From the NCBI GenBank assembly GCA_963663405.2, contig CAXXSM010000132.1, forward strand, positions 192,001 through 256,000: a DNA stretch of 64,000 nt, read 5' to 3'. The notes below the pieces were generated by a model, which worked only from the letters and a program-made list of their open reading frames with translations, was not told the origin of the DNA and did not search any database. Both the position numbers and the translations under genes were made by a program. Positions 51,092 to 62,622 of this stretch are shown here, piece by piece. The number at the start of each line of letters is the position of its first letter. Within the stretch, counting starts at the first letter, position 1. This DNA comes from a bacterium. GTDB lineage: Bacteria > Hinthialibacterota > Hinthialibacteria > Hinthialibacterales > Hinthialibacteraceae.

Positions 51092-53106
51092 ATGATGTCA
51101 TATAAATCTTTCATTTTCTTTATTTTAACGTTCATGATTTTCCTTTCTTATCACCAAAAAACATCCTATGCGAGTTCTATCCTATCATTCAGTGAAGCCG
51201 AATCATGGGTGATAGAGAGAATCCAAAATGGAGAAATCGCTGATTTGAATAAATTTTCTCCCAAAGGAAATGATCGGATTTTGAGCGCTACGTTTTTAGA
51301 GAGATTGCTAACACGAAAAATTGGTGAACTGGAGAATACATTTAGTAGTGAGATTCGTAACGTCACCTTTACAGAACCTATAATTATGTTTTATGAAGAA
51401 ATTGATTTTGCCATATTATTCTCGAATTGCCAATTCAATGAAACAGTTAATTTTTCACGATGCCATTTTAAGAAGTTTCTAGGATTTGAAAATTCATCTT
51501 TTTGAAAAATGTTGATTTCCACAGAATGAGATCAGATTATGATGTAGAATTCACACGAATATCATTTCATGGAGATGTGAATTTAAAAGGAGCTAGCATT
51601 AATGGTGAATTAATCTCAAATTTCGGTCAATATAATCAGAAAGCAATTTTTAACAATATTAAAGTAGTTGACAATGCAGAATTTAATGAAACAATTTTTA
51701 AAGGATCTGTTGATTTCATTGGAGCAAACATAAATGGAGATTTCTTGTTTAGAAATGCTCAATTACTTAACAACGAAATTGAATCCTATTTTAATGGAAT
51801 TCAAGTCGCAGGGAATTTAGATATAAAAGAATCTTTGTTTATTTGTCCAGTCAGTTTTGCACATATTAAAATTGGAAAGAATTTCTTTGCTCGAAGAACT
51901 CGCTTTTTGAACTCAACCAATAAAACTACATTTAATGGTATGAAAGTTGAAGGTTTAGTAACTTTCAATTATGCAATTTTTGCTGGAGGGGCTAATTTTG
52001 TAGGTGGAAAGATTAATGGAGAATTTCAATTACATGAATGCCAATTTTATAATAGCTCTAATGGAGTTAGTTTCCAAGGTATTCAAATTTTGGGAAGTTT
52101 AATTATTAATAAAACTACATTTGAATGTCCTGCAGATTTCTCATATGCAAGAATTGGGAATTTATTTGATGCTAACAATACACAATTTTTAAATCCAAAT
52201 CATAAGATTGATTTTACTAATTTGAGTGTCCAAGGTGTTGCTTTCTTCAGTAATGCAAATTTTATGGGACCTGCACAATTTATAAATACAAAAATTGGGG
52301 GAGAATTCATTGCTAAAAAGGCAAATTTTCTAAATTCTGATTCTATGACAACTTTTAGTGCCATGGAAGTTCAAGGTATAGCTACTTTTGATAATGCAAT
52401 TTTCAATGGACCTGTTGATTTTCTTGGGACAATAATAAAAGGGGAATTACATACAAATGAATCAATTTTTTATAAAAATGTAAGATTTAATAAAATGAGT
52501 GTAGATATTCCAATATTTCGTTGCCTTACGATTAAAGGCTCTTATTGTCTAAATGGTATGATCTTCCAATCAATTGACGTTGGTGATGAAGAGGGTAAAT
52601 GTGAGAAAGTATTGTCATTTTTAAATAAAGCAGAATATAGTGCTGATGTTTATGCAAGATTAGAAGATTTTTATAAATTAAACGGCTATCAAGAAACTGC
52701 TAACAAGGTATTTATTACTTTCAAAAGAAGAGAACGTTGGGATGGAAACCTACCTTTTTTAATGAGAATGTGGAGTGATATTAAATATTATTTAATTGGT
52801 TATGGACGAAGGATTGAACAATCTATATATATTAGTATTTTTTTTATCATTTTAGGTTCATTTATTTTAAGAAAAGAAATAATGACCAAAAGCAGATCTC
52901 AAGAAAAGGTTCTATATTTTAATTGTTTTTGGTATAGTGTTGATCTTTTTCTACCTTTCATAGACTTGAAAATGGAAAAAAATTGGATTCCGAATCCTGA
53001 TCTTCCTTGTATTTGGTTATTAAGATTATACATGTGCCTGCATATAATTTCAGGCTGGTTTCTTATCCCCATCGGTTTGGCGGCATTCACAGGGATTATT
53101 GAATGA
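51092..53106 (+). CDS. AT-rich pentapeptide-like beta-helix repeat protein with C-terminal two-TM/pore-loop module; one frameshift near 51500
   Basis: ORFs 51092-51505 and 51502-53106 join at a T5 run; 47-aa repeats; IGYGRR-TM...FWYSVDLFLPFIDL...TM. Confidence 0.7.
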
Positions 53107-53145
53107 TTATTATATAAGGTTTATTTTTATTGTATTGGAGCCTGA

Positions 53146-54327
53146 ATGAACGAATTTACTCCCAAATATGACCTAATCCTAATTCTGAATTATTTCCGGA
53201 CGTTGACGTATTATCTGCCCCTGATTGAGCATCTTAGGGATGAATTTCGGATTGGGATATATCCTATTCCTTTGCATGAGAGTGAAGCGAAGAAGCATCA
53301 GAGTACGCAGCGGGAATTTATGCGGGAATGTGTAAACCGGGGGGCGGAGATCATTGAACGAGGGCCGGCGCGGGCGGCTGTTACGCTTTTTCCGCAGGAT
53401 GTTTACTCGGACGAAGCGGTTCAGTTGATTCATGAGAATATAATTAGTGACCGGAAAGTTGCGTCTCTTACGCTGGCGCGGCCTGGGATTATCGATGCGT
53501 TTATTGAAGCGTTCGATCCGTCGGTTGTGTTTGTTGTGCATAAGGCCTTTTTCGATTTTCTCTTGCGTCAGCGCGGCGATCCGGCGGTGTATGAAGGCCG
53601 TGAGTTGATTGAAGTGGGTCTTCCGTATCGGAAATATCCCCCGTTCCCGGAATTCGAAGCGGATTATTTTATCGCGATGCCGACGCCGTTCAGTTTTCCA
53701 AGAGAAGAGGATAAATGGGATTTTCTTGAAACGATCTTCGATTTAATTCAACAAATCCCACGCCAGGACCGAATCGTTCACAAAGCGCACAACGCATTGG
53801 AGAACGATTATTTTTCCGGGAAAAAACTCCGCTATATCGCGCGTTTTCTCAACCTCGATCCTACGGGCTGTCTGCGAAAAATCGTTAAGAAACTGACGGC
53901 GCTTGATTCCAGTGGGACAAACGGACGTGTAAGCCGCCTGTATACGGCGATGCTCTACGAAAAGCTGATGAAGCGTGTCGTTCCAATGCACGAAATGACT
54001 CCCCATGCCAATCTTGCGTTTGAAGCGTTCCTGCTGGGCGTCAAAAAGGGAGTGATCGGAGGGCTCAGCAATACGATCTGGGGCACGCTTTTCTTTGAAT
54101 TGCCGTTTTATAACTGTGTGGATATGGAACGGCAGAAACGGGAAGCGGGCGAGACGCTTTATAAAAAAGACGCTACGCGGCTGCTCGAATTAAATCTCCA
54201 ATTTTTCAACGTGCCTTTTTGTGAAGGAAAACTGGAATTCGATCGAAAATTTTTTGATATTGTAGACGAATCCACGCGGCAGGGCGATCTGTTTAATGAA
54301 TTGAGGACGTTGATCCAGCAAACATAA
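53146..54327 (+). CDS. hypothetical protein, possibly surface-polysaccharide related
   Basis: long ORF with GGAG RBS; only weak GT-B-like patterns (IVHKAH, GGLSNTIW). Confidence 0.55.
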   Translation: MNEFTPKYDLILILNYFRTLTYYLPLIEHLRDEFRIGIYPIPLHESEAKKHQSTQREFMRECVNRGAEIIERGPARAAVTLFPQDVYSDEAVQLIHENIISDRKVASLTLARPGIIDAFIEAFDPSVVFVVHKAFFDFLLRQRGDPAVYEGRELIEVGLPYRKYPPFPEFEADYFIAMPTPFSFPREEDKWDFLETIFDLIQQIPRQDRIVHKAHNALENDYFSGKKLRYIARFLNLDPTGCLRKIVKKLTALDSSGTNGRVSRLYTAMLYEKLMKRVVPMHEMTPHANLAFEAFLLGVKKGVIGGLSNTIWGTLFFELPFYNCVDMERQKREAGETLYKKDATRLLELNLQFFNVPFCEGKLEFDRKFFDIVDESTRQGDLFNELRTLIQQT

Positions 54328-54480
54328 GGTTCTGTCAATCGATAGAATGTACGAAAATGAAGGCGAAAATCGGTTAAAAAACGGATTCGATGTAACCATT
54401 TCACAGCCTGACTCGTTTACAGATATGATAACTGCGCCTATAATTTCGTTAACTGAAATTTACTTTCTTATTTTGATACA

Positions 54481-55368
54481 ATGCAAAAGGGTTTGATCTT
54501 CCGTTTTCTCTCTTCATTATACGTCGCGCTAGTAGTCATTGTGCCGTTCAGCGTTATGTTCCGCATGATGCTGTATATGGAAAGTCTTTGTAAAAAGGGC
54601 GCGATCGACAATACGGAAATTCCTGTTCTTTATGTGGCGAAACTCGATTCCGGCATGGAAGCGCCTCGTCAGCAGGAGATCGTTTCCCAGATCGCCAATC
54701 TGGAGAACGTCGCCGCCGCGTCTATCAATCTCCCTATACCCGCCTGGCCGGGTGATTCAGATCAGGAAGCGCAATGGAATGAACTTTGGAAAACCTATCT
54801 CTCTCCTCTGCTCTATGCGACCTGTGAAATTCAGCTGACCGACACGAGTCTCGCTGACCGAATCGCTGGACAAATTGAATCAGTCTCTGGAATTGTGGAG
54901 ACCGCCTGGGATCAAGACGATTTCGATAGACAAGTGAACGCGCTGACTCCTATCAGCGGGGAAGATTCGTTTTATTCGCGCTTATTCTTCTTTTTTATTG
55001 CGGCGTCGCTTTGCGCGCTGGTGGCGAGTTATCCGATCCGCTTCCGCCGCGATTTTGCTGTCCGCGCGGGATTGGGTGGGGCTGGGTCCCAGATCAATCC
55101 TGAGTTAATTTGGATAAGACTGGTGAGTTGGCAGGCTGGTTGGAGCGCCGCCTTGTACGTGATCGTCTACACGATTGGTTATCAATTGTTTCCCTGTCCA
55201 TCCGGTCAAATCCATCTCCCGCTCTACTTCTCGCTGTTGTGGAAAGGCGTATTGATGACAGCGGGATTGGTGACAGCCGTTTGCCTGATCGGGTGGTGGC
55301 TGCCAGCGGATGAAATCAACGATATCAGCGCCCCACATCCGGCGCCGTTGGAGTGGGAACGAGAATGA
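54481..55368 (+). CDS. divergent FtsX-like membrane protein
   Basis: 1 TM + periplasmic loop + 3 TM; translationally coupled to an EnvC-like gene. Confidence 0.5.
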   Translation: MQKGLIFRFLSSLYVALVVIVPFSVMFRMMLYMESLCKKGAIDNTEIPVLYVAKLDSGMEAPRQQEIVSQIANLENVAAASINLPIPAWPGDSDQEAQWNELWKTYLSPLLYATCEIQLTDTSLADRIAGQIESVSGIVETAWDQDDFDRQVNALTPISGEDSFYSRLFFFFIAASLCALVASYPIRFRRDFAVRAGLGGAGSQINPELIWIRLVSWQAGWSAALYVIVYTIGYQLFPCPSGQIHLPLYFSLLWKGVLMTAGLVTAVCLIGWWLPADEINDISAPHPAPLEWERE

Positions 55369-56594
55369 AACGATCTTCCTGCGTCCTCTTCACATTCCTA
55401 GTCTTGCTTTTGATGAAACCATATGGGCTTATCGCGAAAACTGCGCCGGATAAAAGCGCAGCGATTCTCCTCAAACAGCTGAAAGCCGAAGAAGCCCGCG
55501 CCAAGAAACTCAAACAAGAACGCCAACAATTGCAAGAATGGATTCAGCAGGGTAAATCCCGCATGAAACGCTTCGATAGTATCCTGCAAACGTACAATTA
55601 CAACCTAACACAAGCTCAAAAGGTGATTGACGCGGCGGAATCGGAAATCGGACAGATTCATAAACGGAATAATGAGAGAGAACTCTTGTTTTATCACTGC
55701 GTTAACACATTCGATCAAATGATCGATCTCCGATCTTCCGACCGGGCTGATGATCAGATGCTCTTCAATATGTACGCCCAGGCCGTCTCGGAGACCGCTT
55801 CAAAAATCTTCTCGGATATGTTGGCGGAACAGCCCCGCCTGCATGAGTTGGAACAAGTCATCACAGACCGGCGCGCTTATCAAGATCGAATCATGAAGAA
55901 ATACATGCCCGCCGACACCGAGAAGAAAGAACGGCATGAACGACTGCTCAACAAACGTGAAGAAGAGGCGAAAGCCATTCAAGACCTCTCCAAGCAGAAT
56001 GCCCAACGTGTTACAGAACTGAAAAATCAACTCGCCGCCGCACAAAAACGAATCGAAGAAATCCGGCTCCAACGGCTGAAAGAACAGCGGGAGCGCGAGG
56101 AAAAAGAACGCCAGGAATTAGCGAAACGACAACAAACTGCAGCCGCTAATTCAAAAACCACTTCTCCCCCCCAACCGCTGCCGAGTGGAACGCCGTTCGC
56201 TAACCGGAAAGGCGCTCTTCCGTGGCCTGCCCGTGGAACGATTGTCCGGCCCTTCGGTGAGTTTACCCATCCCGAATTCAAGGTTAAAATAGATAATCCA
56301 GGGATTGATGTCCGCATCAAACCCGGCGCGCCTATTTTGGCCGTCGCGCCGGGGCGGGTTCTTTATACGGGCGATATCCCCGGAATCGGACCCGCTGTGA
56401 TTCTCGATCACGGCGGTGATTACTGTACGGTCTATGGAAACGTAATTAGTTCCGTTTCAGAAAATAACAATGTGGAAAGCCAATCGGTTATAGGGAACGC
56501 GGCGACTAAAAACACGGATGGCACGAGCGCCTACCATTTCCAGATTCTTCAAGGAAAACGGTCCTTAAATCCTCTTTCCTGGCTTGTAAAATAA
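55365..56594 (+). CDS. EnvC-like coiled-coil/degenerate M23 murein hydrolase activator
   Basis: signal peptide, long coiled coil, KGALPWPARG, NPGID, VILDHG, YGN, NPLSWL. Confidence 0.8.
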   Translation: MKRSSCVLFTFLVLLLMKPYGLIAKTAPDKSAAILLKQLKAEEARAKKLKQERQQLQEWIQQGKSRMKRFDSILQTYNYNLTQAQKVIDAAESEIGQIHKRNNERELLFYHCVNTFDQMIDLRSSDRADDQMLFNMYAQAVSETASKIFSDMLAEQPRLHELEQVITDRRAYQDRIMKKYMPADTEKKERHERLLNKREEEAKAIQDLSKQNAQRVTELKNQLAAAQKRIEEIRLQRLKEQREREEKERQELAKRQQTAAANSKTTSPPQPLPSGTPFANRKGALPWPARGTIVRPFGEFTHPEFKVKIDNPGIDVRIKPGAPILAVAPGRVLYTGDIPGIGPAVILDHGGDYCTVYGNVISSVSENNNVESQSVIGNAATKNTDGTSAYHFQILQGKRSLNPLSWLVK

Positions 56595-56703
56595 AACAAT
56601 TCGAATCAAGCGTCGTTTCATTGTTACATAACGATATTACCGTTAGAATTCAGAATAAAACTATATACTCTTTTTTCGAACGTATTCTTTAAGGAGTTCA
56701 TTT

Positions 56704-58107
56704 ATGAAAACCCCAGGCGTCAGACATTTCGCGTTACTCTTCTGTTTTCTTTTTCTCGTATTTATCGTCCTTGGGATTGGCGTTCAGAGGAGCGTATTGG
56801 CCATTGATAATTATGAAGAGGCCATGAAACAATCCCTTACGCTGATAAAAATACTATCCGAAATCCAAAAAGAGTACTTTGATCCCGAAAAAACGAAAAC
56901 AGTGGATCTCATCGATGGAGCGATTCACGGTATGGTCGAAACGCTCGATCGATATAGCGTCTATCTGGATGAAGACGAGTATAAGGAGTTCAACGATCAA
57001 ACCCAGGGCATGTTCGGCGGCCTCGGCATTCACATCGATATCGTCAATCACTGGTTGACCGTCATCGCGCCGCTGCCGGGCACTCCCGCCGCCAAAGCCG
57101 GTTTAATGGAAGGAGACCGGATCGTTGAGATCGAGGGGGAAAGCACAAAAAATAAAAACATCTTCGATGCCCAGAAGAAACTGAAAGGGGAAGCGGGCAC
57201 ACCGGTGACGATCACCATCGCCCGCAAGGGTGAAAAAGAATTAATCACAAAAACCATCACGCGGGCCATTATCAACACGCTCGCCATTGAAGCAGAAGAA
57301 TGTAAAATGCTGGATGACACGGTGGGGTATATCCGTCTGCGGGATTTCACAAAAGACGCCGCGGAAGAACTCGAACAATCGATCCGTGATCTCCAGATGC
57401 AGGGGATGCGGAGCCTGATCCTCGATCTTCGGGATAATCCCGGTGGATTGCTGCCGGTTGCCGTTGATATTTGCGATCTCTTTTTAGATAAAGAACAAGC
57501 CATCGTATCCCAGCGGGATAAAAACGACCGGGAAACCTTCTATACCGCCCGGCGTGACAGCACAGGCGCTTTCCTTCTCGCTGTTTTGGTCAATGAATTC
57601 ACCGCCAGCGCCTCCGAAATTGTCGCCGGGTGCATGCAGGACCACAACCGGGGTATCGTGATCGGTCCCGTCGGGCACAAAACCTTCGGGAAAGGCACAG
57701 TCCAAACACTGATCGATCTTGGTGATTCCGCCCTGAAACTGACTACCGCGAAATACTATACCCCCAAAGGACGATCGATCCACGATGATGAAGGTTTAAT
57801 ACCCGATATCTTCGCACAGGTCACGGACGACGAACGATTTAATATTCGCGTCGCCAAAAAAGTCGGTTTTCTCCCGCCCGAATTGCTGGGTAAAAAACTG
57901 GTCAAAAAAGAAGAACCGGAAACCGTGGATGATTCACAACCAGTTACCGTGGAAGAAGTCTTCAACGACGAAGAGGAGGAGATCAAGGAAGAGAAAGATA
58001 GCCTATACGACGTCGAACTGTTCACCGCTTACCAATGCATAAAGGGCGCTGAAGTGCTTAAGTTTGGAAAGAAAGAACGAGAGAATTTTGCTGATTCTAG
58101 GAATTGA
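56704..58107 (+). CDS. ctpA: S41 carboxy-terminal processing protease
   Basis: FGGLGI PDZ motif, LDLRDNPGG, TASASEI, TFGKGTVQ, TTAKYYTP. Confidence 0.92.
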   Translation: MKTPGVRHFALLFCFLFLVFIVLGIGVQRSVLAIDNYEEAMKQSLTLIKILSEIQKEYFDPEKTKTVDLIDGAIHGMVETLDRYSVYLDEDEYKEFNDQTQGMFGGLGIHIDIVNHWLTVIAPLPGTPAAKAGLMEGDRIVEIEGESTKNKNIFDAQKKLKGEAGTPVTITIARKGEKELITKTITRAIINTLAIEAEECKMLDDTVGYIRLRDFTKDAAEELEQSIRDLQMQGMRSLILDLRDNPGGLLPVAVDICDLFLDKEQAIVSQRDKNDRETFYTARRDSTGAFLLAVLVNEFTASASEIVAGCMQDHNRGIVIGPVGHKTFGKGTVQTLIDLGDSALKLTTAKYYTPKGRSIHDDEGLIPDIFAQVTDDERFNIRVAKKVGFLPPELLGKKLVKKEEPETVDDSQPVTVEEVFNDEEEEIKEEKDSLYDVELFTAYQCIKGAEVLKFGKKERENFADSRN

Positions 58108-59077
58108 AACTTCATGCGACGACACAGGAGCCGCGATTGTACGTGATGGCTTCCACGTTCTTTCCAATCTCGTTTCCTCTCAAGTGGAAATCCACCGCCC
58201 CTACGGCGGTGTGGTTCCCGAAATCGCCTCCCGCGCGCATATCGAAACGCTCCTGCCTCTTGTCACCCGTTGTCTGGATGAATCCGGTGTGACCTTAGAG
58301 GAGATTGACGCCGTAGCGGTGACGAACACGCCGGGTTTGGCGGGATGTCTACTTGTAGGCGTATCGTTCGCTAAATCACTGGCGTACGCGATGAAGAAAC
58401 CGCTGATCGGCGTGAACCATTTAGAAGCCCATATCTACACCACGGTCCTCGACACGCCGGAAGAAAACCGCCCTCCTTTCCCCCATCTCTCGCTGCTTGT
58501 CTCCGGTGGACATACGGCCCTCTATCGTGTTGATGGTTGGAGCCAATTAACACCACTGGGCCGTACGAAAGATGACGCCGCTGGGGAAGCGTTTGATAAA
58601 GCGGCCAAAGCCCTCGGTTTGGGATATCCGGGTGGTCCAGCTATTCAACAGCGCGCGGAACCGTTCCAAGGCAATTGGATCGAGTTTCCCCGTCCCATGC
58701 TCCATCAAGGCTTCGATTTCTCTTTCAGTGGACTGAAGACGGCGGTTGTCAACTATATCAACGAGAATCAGCCGGATGAAGACGAAACCACCCGCATCGC
58801 CGCGTCTTTTCAACAGGCGGCGACCGATGTTCTGGTCACCAAAACGATCCGCGCCGCGAAACAGGAACAAATCGGCCATATCTCCCTTGTTGGAGGCGTC
58901 TCCGCCAACGAGCCGTTACGGAACGAACTGCGGCGCCGGGCCGAAAAGCGGGGATATACCGTCTATCTGCCCGAAAAACGTTTCTCGATGGACAACGGGG
59001 CGATGGTGGCTGGATTGGCCTATCATTATCTCAACGAAGGCCGTGTCTCCGATCTTACCCTCAACGCCACGGCTTGA
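58088..59077 (+). CDS. tsaD: t6A37 threonylcarbamoyltransferase
   Basis: GIETSCDDT, NHLEAH, VSGGHT, GEAFDK, SFSGLKT, DNGAM. Confidence 0.97.
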   Translation: MLILGIETSCDDTGAAIVRDGFHVLSNLVSSQVEIHRPYGGVVPEIASRAHIETLLPLVTRCLDESGVTLEEIDAVAVTNTPGLAGCLLVGVSFAKSLAYAMKKPLIGVNHLEAHIYTTVLDTPEENRPPFPHLSLLVSGGHTALYRVDGWSQLTPLGRTKDDAAGEAFDKAAKALGLGYPGGPAIQQRAEPFQGNWIEFPRPMLHQGFDFSFSGLKTAVVNYINENQPDEDETTRIAASFQQAATDVLVTKTIRAAKQEQIGHISLVGGVSANEPLRNELRRRAEKRGYTVYLPEKRFSMDNGAMVAGLAYHYLNEGRVSDLTLNATA

Positions 59078-59127
59078 AAGCATAAAATCCCGTAATTCTC
59101 TCCTCCTCTGATTTGTGAAAAGAGTCT

Positions 59128-59904
59128 ATGCTGTTTCCCATCATGGAATCCGCTTTCATCGCATTGTTGCTTTTTCTCATTGCGGCGGCGTACGCGTCCG
59201 TCGGCCTGGGGGGAGGAACTGCTTATCTAGCGGTTCTCTCGTTCTGGGATCCGAATCCGGAAAGCCTGCGCCCATTGGCTTGGACGTTGAATGTCCTTTG
59301 CAGCGGGGTTGTGTTTGTCAATTATTACCGTGGAGGATTTTTCAACGCCCGGATCGCGTGGCCGTATCTCTTGGGAGGGATCGTCGGCGCGGCGTTGGGA
59401 GCAAGCATAGACATCCAGGCTTTGAAATTTCAAATCCTGCTGGCTGCAACATTGACCTTCATCAGCGTGCAGATGCTCGTACAAACGAGGCGTTCAGGCC
59501 AACAGGAGAACGAACGGATTGAAGCGTCTCCAGTTTTCTGGTCACTGGGCTTGGGTTTAATCATCGGATTCATATCAGGGATCGTTGGGATTGGCGGGGG
59601 GATATTGTTAGGGCCGGTTCTCATCGCGTTCCGGTGGGTGGACGTGAAACGCTGCGCGGCGATCACGAGTTTATATATCTTTCTCTCTTCACTCTCCGCT
59701 CTGATCATGCATGGCGCGGGCCAAGGATCGATCGACTGGATAAAATCCATCCTCTATGGAGCAGCGGCTCTCCTGGGAGGTTTTCTCGGTTCCCGTTATG
59801 GATCGGAGAAAGCCTCCCCTACTGTATTGAAGCGGATTTTTGCGGTGATTATATTGACTGCGGCGGTGAATTTGTTGATTCGGACGATGTCTATATTATG
59901 GTGA
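59128..59904 (+). CDS. TauE/SafE (TSUP) family exporter
   Basis: ASVGLGGG and SGIVGIGGG repeated halves; multiple TM segments. Confidence 0.88.
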   Translation: MLFPIMESAFIALLLFLIAAAYASVGLGGGTAYLAVLSFWDPNPESLRPLAWTLNVLCSGVVFVNYYRGGFFNARIAWPYLLGGIVGAALGASIDIQALKFQILLAATLTFISVQMLVQTRRSGQQENERIEASPVFWSLGLGLIIGFISGIVGIGGGILLGPVLIAFRWVDVKRCAAITSLYIFLSSLSALIMHGAGQGSIDWIKSILYGAAALLGGFLGSRYGSEKASPTVLKRIFAVIILTAAVNLLIRTMSILW

Positions 59905-59993
59905 AAGTTAACTTCCAGAATAATAGGCTCATCCGAGTGAGTATGTAAAGTTAATATTATTCTCTTTTCATGTAAGATTGTGCAATCATGTTC

Positions 59994-60071
59994 GCCCAGC
60001 CTTGAAAGGCTGGGCTAGTATCTAATGTCCCTCCGGGACAAAAGAAAATAGCCCAGGATTTTAATCCTGGG
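59994..60071. repeat. REP-like cluster of three hairpins
   Basis: GCCCAGCCTT-GA-AAGGCTGGGC; TGTCCC-TCC-GGGACA; CCCAGGATT-TT-AATCCTGGG. Confidence 0.7.
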
Positions 60072-60109
60072 GATAGAGAGATGTACTTTCTTATTATGAA
60101 TCGCATTAA

Positions 60110-61165
60110 CTAACGATACTCACTGGATGAACCAAATATTGCATTGATTATTTAGATATAGCTTAATACATGCCCCATATTTCAATATCCATTATTTCGC
60201 GCATTTCATATATGGATGTGTCTTTGGGAAGATTGAGTTTTTCGATGGCCAATTTCATTTGTCTTACATAGCTTTTTGTTGGTGATGGCTCTTCACAAAC
60301 ATTGTTAATTGGATAGCGCCATTTAATACGCTTGTCCTTTAATGCACTGCACTTTTTCCGCCATCTCCGGTTCTAGTTGATCGATCAATTCCCGATCAAT
60401 TAATGAAGAATCAATTGTGTATATAAAAGTCGCTGCGCGCAATCGGAGATCTTCTCGAAGAGTCTTGTCTTTGACGGCGCTTAACAACTTTGGCGCAGCT
60501 GATTCCGTATTATTGAATATCGCGAAAGCGGAAGGCCAGTATTTTAACCGTTGCTCTGGTGTAAGTTTCACGATCGGATCACTAAATACAGATGTAACAA
60601 TCAAAGGCGCGCCAAATGCATATTGTGAAGCGCCAATATAAACTCTCGCATATTCGAGATAAGGTACAATGTTTTGTATGGAGCCAAGTTTGCCCGGATA
60701 AGAAGATTGCCGCTAACACACGCACGGAATCGATATCACCAGGTTTCTGCGAAATGACTGCCATTAAGTTGTGGTAACCCTGTATTGGAAAAGGATTGTT
60801 TTTTTGAAGTTCTTCAGCAAACACGGATTGAAAGTATTGATCCCGTTTTTCCTTAACTAAGGAACCAGTCCAATACATGTCGACTATCTCTCTTAATACT
60901 ATATTATATTGTTGATCGATAGCTCCTTGAAATAACTGTTTTTTTATCTGCATCAATTTCACTCTTATCAACCGGGAATCCGACGAGAACTTTTAAAACC
61001 TCAGCATTCACAATATCCGATTCTTGCGGCGGTTTTTTTTGAATTTTCAAGCATTTCATTAATGGATGGCTCACCTAAAATAACTGGCTGTCCAAATTCG
61101 TTCTCTTTCGCGATGGATATTAAACTGATAGCTAAACACAGCGTAAGTAATAGCAGGCGCTTCAT
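60110..61165 (-). pseudogene. fragmented secreted hypothetical protein (HEAT-like part)
   Basis: MKRLLLLTLCLAISLISIA signal peptide at a TAATG overlap; continues through fragments 60582-60971 and 60323-60604; shifts near A/T runs; 3' end uncertain. Confidence 0.5.
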
Positions 61166-61922
61166 TATATAGTATCCTTTCGATTTATCCTCATCAAATA
61201 TTTTCTACATTCCCCGCCATGACCAGAATACAGAACGTCACAACCGCCACGAGTATAGAAAAACACAGTTCCTAAAATCGGGAAGAGTTTATTTCGATCT
61301 TTTTGAAAGAGGCTTGCTGCGCCAAGAATAAAAGCGACGAAGTCCGCGCACAATAATAATGCAATACCTATGAAAAAAGATTGGATTCCAACTTCTCTCC
61401 CGGATTCTTTTATTGCTTCTGCGATGGATAAAAATACGATGACGAAAATGCCTACCATGACGCTCAAGAGGAAAGATAAAATCCCTATGCCTGAATGGCT
61501 TAATTTCTTATTTTGAACAAAATGTTCATTGACTGGAGAAAAGTAAGCTAGAGCAATGATTATTCCACTCATTAGCACTGTGGCGTCATCCATTGCATCG
61601 GTCAATCCAATTCCAATATTGGGACCCAGAAAAACCAGTAAGAATAATTCCGAATATCGTCGTCCATAAATAGATAGACCTAGCCTGTTTCCAAAATACG
61701 AATAAACCAATCGAAGAAATTAAAAGAGCAATTACGAAGAATATAAATAAAAAGACAAAGATATTTCCATATTCTGAAAACAACTTATCCATTTCCTTTT
61801 CACAATACTGCCTTATTTCTAATGGCAAATATTGTCCCCCGATTTCTGAAGCGATCATTATTAAGACAAATAAAATCCATTCCAGAACGATTAGTAATCG
61901 AAAAAAGGTTTTTGAGTGTCAT
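61165..61922 (-). pseudogene. fragmented membrane protein
   Basis: AGGAGG-ATG at 61922; removing one base of the run at 61901-61906 gives MTLKNLFRLLIVLEWILFVLIMIASE; joins ORFs 61586-61858 and 61165-61710. Confidence 0.55.
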
Positions 61923-62496
61923 GATATCCCTCCTATTATCAAATGAATGGTCAATCCTTATGTCTTCATTCTGTTATTAAGGATAATAAACCAATGATCG
62001 AACGACTCTTCTTTGAATATGCTTTAATTATTGTTGTTGCAATTATGGAACATGAGAAGAATTTACGCAAGGGATATTATGCTTCTTTAATGCAAATTAA
62101 ATAATTGTGCCGCATATGTGTATTTAGACGCTATTGTTTGTTAGATAATACTCAGAAATGAATTATGGTGTAAAATCCATGTGTATCAGGCAGAATATTG
62201 ACGATTTTGTCTGAATTGATGGGGAGCAGCATAAACATGGATTCACGACATGTTCAATCTTCATTGAGATTAAAGAAAACAATTTTTAAGAAGCCCTTGC
62301 GGCTTACAAACCGTTGTCAAAAACGTTCTGAGAGAAAATTCAGCGATTGGCATGGGTTGAATCCATAAAAAATAGAAGAAGTAGAGAGAAGGATTATTCG
62401 TTCGTAAAGCCTTGGAATAGTTTATTTTCTATCTGTTCCGGCAGGGAAAAAACGCTGGAGTTTTTCTCTTATCTTGCTTTGAATCCGTTGACGCCC

Positions 62497-62525
62497 TTGA
62501 ACCTGCGTTTTCTGGATGCTAGATT
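62497..62525 (+). promoter_or_regulatory. putative nuo operon promoter
   Basis: TTGAAC-N17-TAGATT with extended -10 TG. Confidence 0.4.
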
Positions 62526-62622
62526 TATTGTTCGTGTGTTAGACGCAGGCCGAACCGGTCTTGGACATTTTTTTATCCAGTTGTTTTGTTGAGAGACCTT
62601 TAAGAGAAGGAGAGTGTTTTTC

